A stretch of 64,000 nt of DNA from an uncultured Bacteriovoracaceae bacterium (GTDB taxonomy: Bacteria; Bdellovibrionota; Bacteriovoracia; Bacteriovoracales; Bacteriovoracaceae), in NCBI GenBank assembly GCA_964012805.1, contig CAXGUD010000009.1, positions 32,001 through 96,000 on the forward strand. The letters are read 5' to 3'. The position numbers and the translations under genes are program-made. Below, in pieces: positions 9,809 to 20,036 of this stretch (its first letter is position 1; each line of letters starts with the position of its first letter). The notes under the pieces are model-generated. The model saw only the letters and a program-made list of their open reading frames with translations. It was not told the DNA's origin and made no database searches.

Positions 9809-10765
9809 ATGAAGCCCTTTCCACTCATTTTGGAGTCCATAAAAGACCTCAGTGAAGGTCAGGTCCAAGATGTTTTTAAGCTTGCCAAATCCTTTAAAAA
9901 TGGTTCTGAACCAGAGGGGGCTCCTTTTTCTTCCAATCTGCCTAAGACAGGAAAAGCTCACTTTCAATCAAAAACTCCTCTTATAGCTACTTTTTTCCAA
10001 GAGCCATCAACTCGAACAAAAAACTCTTTTGCCATTGCAGCAAAAAGGTTAAAAACAGACTATGTCGACTTAGCACCGCAGTCTTCAAGCCTTAAAAAAG
10101 GTGAGGACTTGGAGCAAACCTTCATAACCCTTAAGTATCAGGGTGTTAACCTACTTATTTGCCGATCACCTTTGGAAAAAATAAGTAGTAGGGTCAAATT
10201 ACCAAACGTAGCTTATATAAACGGTGGGGATGGAAAAAATGAACACCCTACCCAAGCCCTCTTAGATGCTTTTTCCATTATAGAAAGCGGTTTGGACCTC
10301 TCTAGGACTACCGTTGCTCTGATTGGAGATGTCCTCCACTCTAGAGTGGCCCACTCCCTGATGAAACTCATCCCTAAATTGGGAGGAAAAGTTTTAATTT
10401 GTGGCCCTAGCGACTGGCTCCCAAAAGAAGACTTAGGACCCTCTATTGAAAGTGTTTCTTCACTTGAAGAAGCCATTCTAAGAGCAGATGTCCTTTATCC
10501 TCTTAGGATACAAAAAGAGAGGCACAAAGGCACCGTTCAAAATGAAGAGTATTTTATTAAGCATTTTAAGGTCAGCTTGAAAAAGCTTAAAGATATGAAT
10601 AGAACCCCTCTTGTCTTTCACGCGGGGCCTTTTAACATAGGAGTAGAAATCGACCAAGACCTTCTCGATTCACCCTTATTTCAAGCATATAACCAAATTG
10701 AAAACTCAATATATATTAGAATGTCCATCATCCAACTCATGTTACAAGAGTTTGGACAATCCTAA
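9809..10765 (+). CDS. pyrB: Aspartate carbamoyltransferase catalytic subunit
   Basis: FQEPSTRT, SSLKKGE, HPTQALLD, GDVLHSRVAHS, LRIQKER. Confidence 0.96.
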   Translation: MKPFPLILESIKDLSEGQVQDVFKLAKSFKNGSEPEGAPFSSNLPKTGKAHFQSKTPLIATFFQEPSTRTKNSFAIAAKRLKTDYVDLAPQSSSLKKGEDLEQTFITLKYQGVNLLICRSPLEKISSRVKLPNVAYINGGDGKNEHPTQALLDAFSIIESGLDLSRTTVALIGDVLHSRVAHSLMKLIPKLGGKVLICGPSDWLPKEDLGPSIESVSSLEEAILRADVLYPLRIQKERHKGTVQNEEYFIKHFKVSLKKLKDMNRTPLVFHAGPFNIGVEIDQDLLDSPLFQAYNQIENSIYIRMSIIQLMLQEFGQS

Positions 10766-10777
10766 AAAGGTAAGATC

Positions 10778-13700
10778 ATGACAACGAAAGAACAATTATT
10801 TTTAGAGTCTTTGGAAAAGACTCCTGGTTTTTTGCACTTTGAAGATGGAACTTCTTTTTCTGGAACACTCAATATTGAAAGCAATGACCCCCGTTTAGAA
10901 AAAGGAATATGGGGGGAAGCTGCTTTTACGACAGGCATGACCGGATACCAAGAAACAATGACGGACCCATCTTTTTTGGGACAACATATTATTTTTAGCT
11001 CACCCCATATTGGGAACTATCCTTCCGATGAAAAAGTAAACCAATCAAATAGTTGTCATGGAACATCGATTATAGCCAAAAGCTTTTCTCCAAATAAGTT
11101 TCTTATGGAATGTGAAGCCCCACTTTTTACATGTCATGATACCAGGGCACTTGTTAAGTTTATAACTGGAAAGAAAGGCAATCATAAATCTGTTATTACA
11201 GTTAACTCGAAAAGCCCCAGTTCCGAAGAGTTTGAGAAAGAGGAACTTAAATGCAACCGATTAGACTTGGTAAGTTCGGAAGGACCCTCAAAAGTCCTTA
11301 CGCCTGGAAAAAACCCTATTGTCCTCATTGATTATGGTTGTAAAAAAGCCATCATAAATAATCTAAAAAACCTAGGGTTTCCTCTCGTTATTGTAGGACA
11401 CAAAACAAAAGCTTCAGAAATTTTAGATTTTAAACCAAGAATGATTTTCCTCTCCAATGGACCTGGAGATCCAAGGTCCTACTCAACTCAAATCGAAGAG
11501 GTAAAGAAGCTGCTCACTTTTCAAATTCCAATAAGAGGAATTTGCCTTGGTCACCAATTAATCACTCTAGCTCTTGAAGCATCTATAATAAAATTACCAT
11601 TTGGCCAAAGGGGTGTTAACCATCCTTGTATCGAACATGAGACTGGTAAAGTTATCATAACCAGTCAAAACCATGGTTACGCTGCTTCAAAAGAAGAACT
11701 TACGAGCAAATTTTCTGCCGAAAATAATATCTTAGGTAAAGAACTTTTTATTTCATATACATCTCTCTTTGATAACTCAGTAGAAGGCATCTCATCAACC
11801 GATCATTTTCTCAAAACAGTTCAGTTTCATCCTGAAGCTTACCCTGGTACACATGATGGAGATGGTTTTTTTAAAGAAATAAAAAATTACCTAACTGAGA
11901 AACAAAACCCAATTGAAGTTTCTAGTCTAGAGAAAGTAGTAGATTTAAGCTCAGGCTACAAGAAAGAAGTCCCTTATTCAAAGGTCCTAATTATTGGTTC
12001 CGGGCCTATAAAAATTGGCCAAGCTTCTGAGTTTGATTATTCAGGAACTCAAGCCTGTAAAGTTCTAATGGCCCTGGGAATAGAGGTTGTTCTTTTAAAC
12101 TCAAACCCCGCGACCATTATGACCGATTCAGAAATGGCCACCAAAACCTACCTTGAGCCTATTACCAAAGAAACGCTCAAAAAGATTGTTGAAAAAGAAA
12201 ATATCCAAGCTGTTCTTTCCACCTTGGGAGGTCAAACGGCACTAAACCTTTGTATTGACCTTGAAGAAGAAGGCTACTTTAAAAAGAACAATGTCGCTCT
12301 TCTTGGCGCGAATACGGATACCATTAGAAAAACAGAAGACAGAGAGCTTTTTGCAAAAGAACTTTTAACACTTGGTTATCACACAGGAGAAAGGTACTCA
12401 GCTTTTAGCCAAGAAGAATGTATACAACTAGCTCATGACCAAGTTGGTTTTCCCCTCATCATTAGAAGAGACTTTGCTTTAGGAGGGAAAGGAGCTGCCC
12501 TTGTTTACAATGAGAAGGAACTTGTCGAAGTCTTTTCAAGCGACATCAAATTTCCCATTACTCTTGAGCGGTCTTTAGTTGGCTGGAAAGAGATTGAACT
12601 CGAAGTCATGGTTGATAAAGAAAAAAATGGGGTTATAATTTGCTCCATTGAAAATATCGATCCATGTGGTGTTCATACTGGAGATAGTATTACAGTTGCT
12701 CCTGCTCAAACGATAAGTGATCAACTATATCAAAACCTTAGGACGATGGCCCTTAATGTAGCAAAACACATGGGTGTTGTTGCCGGCGGAGCAAACGTTC
12801 AGTTTGCTATCAATCCTCATAATGATGATGATATTGTTGTTATTGAAATGAACCCGAGAGTCTCAAGGTCTTCAGCTTTGGCTTCCAAAGCGACTGGTTA
12901 CCCGATTGCAAAAATTTCGGCCCTACTCTCCCTTGGGTATACTCTTAAAGAAATTCTTAACGATATAACAAAAGCCTCTCCAGTAGCTTTTGAACCGACA
13001 CTTGATTATGTAGCTGTAAAAATACCTCTTTTTCCTTTCAGCAAATTTCCAACGTCTTCTAAGGTATTAGGTCCTCAAATGAGATCTGTGGGAGAAGTTC
13101 TGTCACTGGGAAGTACCTTTAATGAAGCTTTTATGAAAGCACTAAGGAGTCTGGAACTAGGACTTGAAATTCCTGAACTTTCAAGGATTCCCAATATACC
13201 ACTTGATTTGAATCAGGACTTTCTAACAAAAAGACTATCTTCGCCCCATCAGTTATCCTTACTAACTTGTATGGAAGCTTTAAGAAAAGAAGTAAGCTTG
13301 AATAAAGTCCACGAGCTTACCCAAATTTCGCCTTGGTTTTTAGAGCAAATTAATGTTCTCGTTAATGCTGAAAATAAAATCAGAAACAGAAAAAATAAAG
13401 AAATTAAAAACATTACCAAAGAAGAGATGCTTTGCTACAAAAAACTAGGGATGAGTGATAAGCATATTGCGACCCTCCTTGAGAAAACTCAAAAAGAGGT
13501 CCTCTCCTTTCGCTTAGAAAATAACCTATCTCCTGTTTATAAAGCAGTTGATACATGTTCAGGGGAATTCTTCGCTGAAACTCCTTATTTTTATAGTACT
13601 TACACCCAAGTTTGTGAAGCATCTCCTTTAAGTAAAAAAGGGAAATCTGTAGCTGTCCTAGGATCAGGTCCTAATAGAATCGGTCAAGGCATCGAGTTTG

Positions 13701-15253
13701 ATTATTCTTGTGTTAAATCGTGCCAACGACTTAGAGAAAAGAATACTCAAGCCATCATGATTAACTCAAACCCAGAAACAGTATCAACTGATTATGATAG
13801 TTCTGACCGCCTTTACCTTTCACCTCTTTACTCGGAAGATATTTTTGATATCCTTCTTCACGAAAAGCCTGACGGTATTATAACTCCCTTTAGTGGTCAA
13901 ACAGGTATTGCTATAAGAGAACACATAGAAAAGAGCTTTAGAAAAGAATTCGCATCCTTTAATTTTTTAGGACCGAACCTTGAAAGCCTCCAGTTGACAG
14001 AAGACAGAAAACTTTTTAGTGACCTTCTAAAAAAAGTTAATATTTCCCAAACAAAAGCGGTGGAGGTTAAGGGCCATAAAGCTCTAATGAACGCAATTAT
14101 AGATGACATAGGCTTACCTGCTATTATTAGACCCAGTTATGTTATAGGTGGTGAATCCATGTATATCTTTAACTCCTATGAAGATACCCGAAAGCTTCCA
14201 CCATCCTTACTTGAACAGCTTGAAAAAAAGGAGACCGTTTTTCAAGTTGAAACTTGCCTCGAAAGAGCAATTGAATACGATGTTGATCTTGTAAGAGACG
14301 AATTTGGAAACACTCTTTTTACAATATGTGAACATATCGAACATGCAGGTGTTCACTCGGGAGACTCAGGAATGATATCTCCCCCAGTAAAATTAACAGA
14401 AAGTATGCTCAAACAAATAGAATCAATCTCAATTCAACTTTCAGAAGCACTCAATATTATAGGACCAATTAACTTTCAATATGCCGTAAAAAATAACGAA
14501 GAAATTTATTGTATTGAAGCTAACCCTAGAGGTTCTAGAACTCTTCCTTTCTTAAGTAAGGCAAATGATATAAGTATTCCTGGAATCGCCACAGATGCCA
14601 TGCTAGGTGAAAGTATTAAAGAATATAAAAAGAAAGATGATCCTCCTTTTTGTGTGAAGCAGTCTACTTTTCCATTTGATAGATTCCTTCAAGACAAATC
14701 AATTCTAGGCCCAAAAATGCGCTCTACTGGAGAAACTTTTGGGATGGATATTGATAAAGAGCAATCCGTCCTTAAATCTTATCTTGGAAATTACCCAAAC
14801 CTACTAGGACCGGGAAAACTGCTGATCTCTCTTGCAGATAAAAATAAAACGGTGATTTTGCCTTACATAAAAACCCTTCATCAAATGGGTTATCGATTTA
14901 TGGCAACTCAAGGAACTTACCAATTTATAAAGAAACAGGGACTCCCTTGTGAAAAAGTAACCAAAATTGCCGACGATACTGGTCTTTCCATTTTAGAAGC
15001 TCTTAAAGATTCGAAGCTTAAAATGGTTCTAAATACCCCGATGAACCCAAAGTCATCTAAATCAGACGGAGAAGAAATAAGAAATACTGCTATTGCTTAT
15101 GGTATTCCATGCTTTACCCGACCAGAAAATATAATCGCCATTATAGAGTCTCTTATTGGCTCTAAAGGAAGTGAGCTTATACCAATAAGCCTCCAGGAAA
15201 AGTTTTTTACACCATCAATAAATAACAATCAGACAACTGAAGGCACAATCTAA
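10778..15253 (+). CDS. carAB: Carbamoyl-phosphate synthase with fused small (GATase) and large subunits
   Basis: CarA motifs TGMTGYQE..TDPS, LSNGPGDP, GICLGHQ, QFHPEA in the same frame as CarB motifs GSGPIKIGQASEFDYSG, IEMNPRVSRSSALASKATGYPIA, GSGPNRIGQGIEFDY and a C-terminal MGS-like domain. Confidence 0.96.
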   Translation: MTTKEQLFLESLEKTPGFLHFEDGTSFSGTLNIESNDPRLEKGIWGEAAFTTGMTGYQETMTDPSFLGQHIIFSSPHIGNYPSDEKVNQSNSCHGTSIIAKSFSPNKFLMECEAPLFTCHDTRALVKFITGKKGNHKSVITVNSKSPSSEEFEKEELKCNRLDLVSSEGPSKVLTPGKNPIVLIDYGCKKAIINNLKNLGFPLVIVGHKTKASEILDFKPRMIFLSNGPGDPRSYSTQIEEVKKLLTFQIPIRGICLGHQLITLALEASIIKLPFGQRGVNHPCIEHETGKVIITSQNHGYAASKEELTSKFSAENNILGKELFISYTSLFDNSVEGISSTDHFLKTVQFHPEAYPGTHDGDGFFKEIKNYLTEKQNPIEVSSLEKVVDLSSGYKKEVPYSKVLIIGSGPIKIGQASEFDYSGTQACKVLMALGIEVVLLNSNPATIMTDSEMATKTYLEPITKETLKKIVEKENIQAVLSTLGGQTALNLCIDLEEEGYFKKNNVALLGANTDTIRKTEDRELFAKELLTLGYHTGERYSAFSQEECIQLAHDQVGFPLIIRRDFALGGKGAALVYNEKELVEVFSSDIKFPITLERSLVGWKEIELEVMVDKEKNGVIICSIENIDPCGVHTGDSITVAPAQTISDQLYQNLRTMALNVAKHMGVVAGGANVQFAINPHNDDDIVVIEMNPRVSRSSALASKATGYPIAKISALLSLGYTLKEILNDITKASPVAFEPTLDYVAVKIPLFPFSKFPTSSKVLGPQMRSVGEVLSLGSTFNEAFMKALRSLELGLEIPELSRIPNIPLDLNQDFLTKRLSSPHQLSLLTCMEALRKEVSLNKVHELTQISPWFLEQINVLVNAENKIRNRKNKEIKNITKEEMLCYKKLGMSDKHIATLLEKTQKEVLSFRLENNLSPVYKAVDTCSGEFFAETPYFYSTYTQVCEASPLSKKGKSVAVLGSGPNRIGQGIEFDYSCVKSCQRLREKNTQAIMINSNPETVSTDYDSSDRLYLSPLYSEDIFDILLHEKPDGIITPFSGQTGIAIREHIEKSFRKEFASFNFLGPNLESLQLTEDRKLFSDLLKKVNISQTKAVEVKGHKALMNAIIDDIGLPAIIRPSYVIGGESMYIFNSYEDTRKLPPSLLEQLEKKETVFQVETCLERAIEYDVDLVRDEFGNTLFTICEHIEHAGVHSGDSGMISPPVKLTESMLKQIESISIQLSEALNIIGPINFQYAVKNNEEIYCIEANPRGSRTLPFLSKANDISIPGIATDAMLGESIKEYKKKDDPPFCVKQSTFPFDRFLQDKSILGPKMRSTGETFGMDIDKEQSVLKSYLGNYPNLLGPGKLLISLADKNKTVILPYIKTLHQMGYRFMATQGTYQFIKKQGLPCEKVTKIADDTGLSILEALKDSKLKMVLNTPMNPKSSKSDGEEIRNTAIAYGIPCFTRPENIIAIIESLIGSKGSELIPISLQEKFFTPSINNNQTTEGTI

Positions 15254-15996
15254 TGAATCAAGTGAACTCCAAAGAGAGCTTAAACAAGGTTATTTTGGCA
15301 GTTGATAACATGACTCAAACCGAAGTAAGAGACCTTTTAAAAAATTGGCCATCCCAAAAAATGCCAGTGGTCAAGATAGGCTTGGAACTTTTTTTAAAAT
15401 ACGGGCAACCATTGGTTCTCGACCTTTTTCATGAGTTTGGAGTAAAGATTTTCTTGGATCTAAAGCTTCATGACATTCCAAATACGGTTGCAAAGTCAAT
15501 ACGAAGCTTAAAAGGTCTTCCCATAGAGTTTTTAACAATACACCTCTCCGGAGGCAGGGAAATGATTCAGCGCGCTCTTAAAGAGGCGAAACTAAACCTT
15601 CCTCACACAAAAGTGCTAGGGGTTAGCCTCCTAACTTCCCTGGATAAAAATGATTTTAAAGAGCTTTGGGACTTTTCTGGAAACCAAGTTGAAAATACAT
15701 TTAAAAACCTCTTTTCCCTTGCTCTAGAACTAGAAGTTCATGGAGTTGTCTGCTCTCCGGTTGAATTAAATTTAATTACATCTTTAGAAAAAAAACATCA
15801 ACGCTCTCTTTTAAAAGTTACCCCTGGGATCCGGTTTGAGGATGAGATTCTCATAGGCTCTATTGGCGACCAAAAAAGAGTCTTATCTCCTGAAGTAGCG
15901 ATTGGTTCCGGAGCTAATTACTTGGTTATTGGCAGATCTCTGACTGAATCCGCTCAACTTGACAAAAGAATTGAACACCTTGCAAACTTAGACTAG
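15253..15996 (+). CDS. pyrF: Orotidine-5'-phosphate decarboxylase
   Basis: FLDLKLHDIPNTV, VTPGIR, DQKRV, VIGR; TAATG overlap with carAB. Confidence 0.96.
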   Translation: MNQVNSKESLNKVILAVDNMTQTEVRDLLKNWPSQKMPVVKIGLELFLKYGQPLVLDLFHEFGVKIFLDLKLHDIPNTVAKSIRSLKGLPIEFLTIHLSGGREMIQRALKEAKLNLPHTKVLGVSLLTSLDKNDFKELWDFSGNQVENTFKNLFSLALELEVHGVVCSPVELNLITSLEKKHQRSLLKVTPGIRFEDEILIGSIGDQKRVLSPEVAIGSGANYLVIGRSLTESAQLDKRIEHLANLD

Positions 15997-16022
15997 GTCT
16001 AAAAAAATGGGGTGTTTACAAT

Positions 16023-16220
16023 ATGAAAGGGCAGGAACACAACAAGGGAACTCTCAAAGAACTAAAAGTTAATATTGAAGAGAAAGTAGTCGATGACTTC
16101 GAAATGATGGCAAAAAACACAGGAATTCCTATGGCAGACCTAGTTGTTATAGCATTGAAACGCTTTGCTTCCAGCCATTCGGACTATAAAGGAAGTACAC
16201 CTCCCGCGACAACAAAATAG
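16023..16220 (+). CDS. Small hypothetical protein, possibly ribbon-helix-helix-like
   Basis: 65-aa ORF, GGGG RBS; strand (LKVNI) followed by two helices. Confidence 0.55.
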   Translation: MKGQEHNKGTLKELKVNIEEKVVDDFEMMAKNTGIPMADLVVIALKRFASSHSDYKGSTPPATTK

Positions 16221-16229
16221 AAAAAGCTA

Positions 16230-17144
16230 ATGAGGTTCCACCACCTTCAATCCTTTTTGTCAGTACTATGCTTATTATGGGTCTTATCCTCAATTAGTAA
16301 TAACGCTCACTCAGCCCAATTGGTAACAGTCTCTACTTCAAGGGCCATTATCTATGCTGACAAAGAACTAACTCTACCATTAGGGTATGTGACTATGGGT
16401 AAAGAGTTAACCGTTGGTGAAGTGGCCCGAAAAGGCGGCCAAGTTCTCCCACTCATTGTTTCCGGCAAAATTGCTTATATTCGTGTAAGTGACATATCAG
16501 TTTCAAAAGAGGGCAACAAAAAAGGTTACTCTCGCTACTATCAAAAAGATGAAGACCCTATAGATTTCGAATATCTTCATGAACTCAAAAGTAATCTTCA
16601 AAAAAACAATTATTTAACTAGTTCTTATGGTTTTTTTAACCCTGGTGAAAGCTGGCATTACTTAGCATCCTCTACTGGAAGTATAGAAAAGGAGTCAATT
16701 AAAACTATCTCAATCACTTTAGAACATAGAGACCCCCTTAAAAGATTAAGTTGGGGATTAGGTTTTAAGTTGTATACCCTGACTCAGGAAAGTCTTAAGA
16801 CACTTTCCCTCAACTTTGAAGTACCTTTTTACTACAATAATCTCTATAAGATAAAAACAGTTTCATTTGATGGCATTATAGGCGTCAGTGTTACAAGCTC
16901 AGTTAAGATCAAAGTTTTAGATACGCCAGGTTATTACAAAGCTTTTCAGTATGGTGGTCTTCTTGGATTACGAAGTAGAGTTCCCCTTACACCCAAATGG
17001 GGAATGCTTTTTACATTAAGCTACAAGCTACTGAATATAGATTCCATGCAACCAATATCTATAAAAGGGCCTCCCACTAAAAAATATACAATAAATGCTT
17101 TTTCTGGAACCCACCTTACTTTTGGTGCCAGCTATAGGTTTTAA
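16230..17144 (+). CDS. Exported protein, probable SH3-like N-domain + outer-membrane beta-barrel
   Basis: Signal peptide (AHSA), alternating beta pattern, C-terminal SYRF. Confidence 0.6.
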   Translation: MRFHHLQSFLSVLCLLWVLSSISNNAHSAQLVTVSTSRAIIYADKELTLPLGYVTMGKELTVGEVARKGGQVLPLIVSGKIAYIRVSDISVSKEGNKKGYSRYYQKDEDPIDFEYLHELKSNLQKNNYLTSSYGFFNPGESWHYLASSTGSIEKESIKTISITLEHRDPLKRLSWGLGFKLYTLTQESLKTLSLNFEVPFYYNNLYKIKTVSFDGIIGVSVTSSVKIKVLDTPGYYKAFQYGGLLGLRSRVPLTPKWGMLFTLSYKLLNIDSMQPISIKGPPTKKYTINAFSGTHLTFGASYRF

Positions 17145-18437
17145 TTATTCGACAACTAGCTCTTCATCTTCTTCATCTAAGTTACTACCTTCGGCCTTAG
17201 CTTCCTCCAAATAAGTTTTCATCTTTTCTTTTTTGTCGGTAAACTTTTCATCAGGAAGAATGACTTCTCTTTCTCTCTCTGTTTTAATAAATTCTTCTTC
17301 TTCTTTTTCAATTTTTCTTTTTAGTTTGATCATCTGTGTTTCTTTCAAAAACTCTTCCCTTCTAGAAAAAGTGGTCCCAAACTCTTTAAATGAGTATCTA
17401 TATAACTCCTGAAGAACAAGATTATTACGCTTGCTTCTTTCCAAAAACTGGATCATTTCCCTAACAAAGCCTTCATTACTTAATAAATGGGACCAGGCTG
17501 AAAAAAGGAAAACAGTCCCCTTTGAAGAAATTTGCTCATTAAAAGTTAAGTCTTTAAATTTTTTATATATAACCTTCGCCATTCTCTCGTTTGTAGGTTT
17601 ATATTCTAGAGCATTTAAAATTCTTAGTTTAAGATTTCTACCTTCTTTCTTTTTATCATCGTAGCGAACAAACAAAGTCCGAAAATAACCTCTGTTAAAA
17701 ATAAAAACCTTTATTTGTCTATATTCGGATCCTTCCTTTTTAGGTAAGATCACAACCCCAAGTTTCCTTTCACTATCATAATAAAAGTCCTCAAACTTTT
17801 TACCAATAACAGTTCTCCTAATTTCTAATAGAAAAAGGTTATAAACATACTCATACATATTTCCTTGAAGAATCCGGTCAATTGTTTTTTTTGAAAAGGT
17901 TTTTCCTCTAAAAGGATTTATGTCTTTTAGAAAAATATCTCTCGCTATTTTTTTGTCAGATATTTTTAAAAGATAATTTTTAAAAATAGGTAAATTATAT
18001 AATTTTTGATTTTTAAATGGCAGATTCAAAGCAATCTTCTCTCCTGAGAAAAATTGACCAAAAAAAATGCCTTTATTGTTAACAAACTTTGCCCCAGGCT
18101 CTTTACTTAATTTCCCATCCATCACAACAGGTATTAAATTATAAACCGGATGATAAACTGGAAAAGGAAGAATGAAATTTTTTAAATGGAAATTCTTCCA
18201 TTTATCCTGGTTAGATTCCAAAATCTTCTGCTCAAATTTCGAAAGGCCAATTTCTTTTCCTTTTAACAATTCTCTTTTTTTTACGATAATAGACACTAAA
18301 CGAGAGTGATAACCTTCATCAATAATTTTTTTGTAAAAAAAATAGGGAGTAAAAAGAATGCCACCTAAAAGCAAAAATCCTATTAAGCAAAATATAGTTA
18401 AAGATAACAAAGTTCTCATAACCTTCTTCTCGTCCAA
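17145..18437 (-). CDS. Hypothetical membrane-anchored protein
   Basis: 430-aa ORF, N-terminal TM helix, acidic/charged C-terminus. Confidence 0.7.
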   Translation of the reverse strand: MDEKKVMRTLLSLTIFCLIGFLLLGGILFTPYFFYKKIIDEGYHSRLVSIIVKKRELLKGKEIGLSKFEQKILESNQDKWKNFHLKNFILPFPVYHPVYNLIPVVMDGKLSKEPGAKFVNNKGIFFGQFFSGEKIALNLPFKNQKLYNLPIFKNYLLKISDKKIARDIFLKDINPFRGKTFSKKTIDRILQGNMYEYVYNLFLLEIRRTVIGKKFEDFYYDSERKLGVVILPKKEGSEYRQIKVFIFNRGYFRTLFVRYDDKKKEGRNLKLRILNALEYKPTNERMAKVIYKKFKDLTFNEQISSKGTVFLFSAWSHLLSNEGFVREMIQFLERSKRNNLVLQELYRYSFKEFGTTFSRREEFLKETQMIKLKRKIEKEEEEFIKTEREREVILPDEKFTDKKEKMKTYLEEAKAEGSNLDEEDEELVVE

Positions 18438-18578
18438 AAGATCAACTAACTGAGTAAATGTAAAATAAACTTACAAATAAAGTCAGAATTAGGAAGGTAA
18501 GAAACGACAATTAGACGACAACAGCTAAAGTAATTAGAATAGAAAAAGTTAAAACGTTCCTACCTATTTGGATAAAGC

Positions 18579-19136
18579 ATGAAAATAACATTTTTCGTCC
18601 TAATAAATATTTTCTTAATAGACTTATCACTATGCTATGGAAACCTCAACTTGGAAAAAGCAGGCTGTTTAGAAATAAAAGGAAAAAAAGCGCGTTTTAA
18701 GTTTGAACACAAACTATTAGGGAAATTCTCTATTTGCCAATCTAAAAATGAAGATAAAATAATATTCTTCAAAAGTAAAAAGAGGTTTCTAAACAATAAG
18801 TTTTGTTTTATACCAACTCATGAAAGAATCAATAAATCTTTTTATGTTGGTGAACCAAGGTGTCTTTTTTTAAATGACAGTGAAAAAGTTTTTAGAATTA
18901 ATTTCCTTAAAAATAGACCTGGTAATTATGTGGACTTCCCAATAAATGGCACCCTCATTATCCCAGATAAATTTATCAACTTTCCAGACCCTTTTAATAA
19001 AGAAATAAAAATGGGTATTCCAGAGGCTTACCTCAGGTGCATGAAAGAAATAAATAAGAGAGAATCAAATACCTCATTTTGTGAATCATTCAAAAAGGCA
19101 AATAACTTCATCTATGTCCCTCTTGCAAAGAGATAA
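18579..19136 (+). CDS. Hypothetical exported Cys-containing protein
   Basis: 185-aa ORF with hydrophobic N-terminus and several Cys. Confidence 0.65.
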   Translation: MKITFFVLINIFLIDLSLCYGNLNLEKAGCLEIKGKKARFKFEHKLLGKFSICQSKNEDKIIFFKSKKRFLNNKFCFIPTHERINKSFYVGEPRCLFLNDSEKVFRINFLKNRPGNYVDFPINGTLIIPDKFINFPDPFNKEIKMGIPEAYLRCMKEINKRESNTSFCESFKKANNFIYVPLAKR

Positions 19137-19138
19137 TA

Positions 19139-20029
19139 TTAACTTTTAAGATTCCCGGATATTAACTTACCCTTCCGGTAACTATTATAAGTGTCACCAT
19201 CTTGCGATGGAAAACCAAGGATAGGAAGTATCGTATCACCGGCTTCTTCTATGGAAGGACCTATATTCATACATATCACAAAATAATAAAAGCTTTTTCC
19301 ATCTTTTTCATGTGCTTTTATATAAGTAAAAAGATCGTCCCCATCTCGATCCCTTTCAGTATAGACTTCATCTGGACCTTCTAAAGTATCCTCCATAAAG
19401 ATGTCGTAACAATAGAAATCCTCATAAGGAATATCTTTACTTGATCGTTGCTCAAGTAAAGAAGCTAAAAATGCGGACTTTTTACTTTCAATTGTTTCAA
19501 AAACTTCTGAAGATATTTGTCCATCTGAGCCGCTCTCTCCGCCATCATTTTTTAGAAATTCTTCTAGATTCTCTAGTTCTTTTCCAATTCTAAACTCATT
19601 TAAAAGAGAAACTTCCTTGGTTGCAGTGACAAGAAAAATAAAAGAAGGTTTATTTTCAAAAACTAAGCAAAGGGAAGCTAAGTAGAAAGTGCCATCCATT
19701 TCTCCATCAAACTTTGAAATAAAAGAAAAAACCTCTTCTCCAAGAGAGTTTTGATTCCTCCATATTTCATCTGGCTCTGCAAAAAGTTTTTCCAAAAAAG
19801 AAGGATCCGAAATAAAATCACTTAAATTTTCTGTTTCACATTTATATTTCTTTCTTAGATCATCTTCACATTTCTCATAATAATCAACAATGGGTCCGTA
19901 AAACTCTTTTATACAAATTTCAGAACAGAAGCCGCGGGGGATGACACTCTCAACAAAGTAGAGGCTTTCAGGATCATCCACAATTTTTTTACAATTATTA
20001 CAAAAATAGAAGTTTTCTTTTAATTTCAA
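19139..20029 (-). CDS. Hypothetical protein: N-terminal Zn-binding motif + two PBECR2-like repeats
   Basis: CNNC...FCSEIC; internal duplication LFAEPDEIW..FSFIS / TLEGPDEVY..FTYIK. Confidence 0.65.
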   Translation of the reverse strand: MKLKENFYFCNNCKKIVDDPESLYFVESVIPRGFCSEICIKEFYGPIVDYYEKCEDDLRKKYKCETENLSDFISDPSFLEKLFAEPDEIWRNQNSLGEEVFSFISKFDGEMDGTFYLASLCLVFENKPSFIFLVTATKEVSLLNEFRIGKELENLEEFLKNDGGESGSDGQISSEVFETIESKKSAFLASLLEQRSSKDIPYEDFYCYDIFMEDTLEGPDEVYTERDRDGDDLFTYIKAHEKDGKSFYYFVICMNIGPSIEEAGDTILPILGFPSQDGDTYNSYRKGKLISGNLKS

Positions 20030-20036
20030 GATTTTC

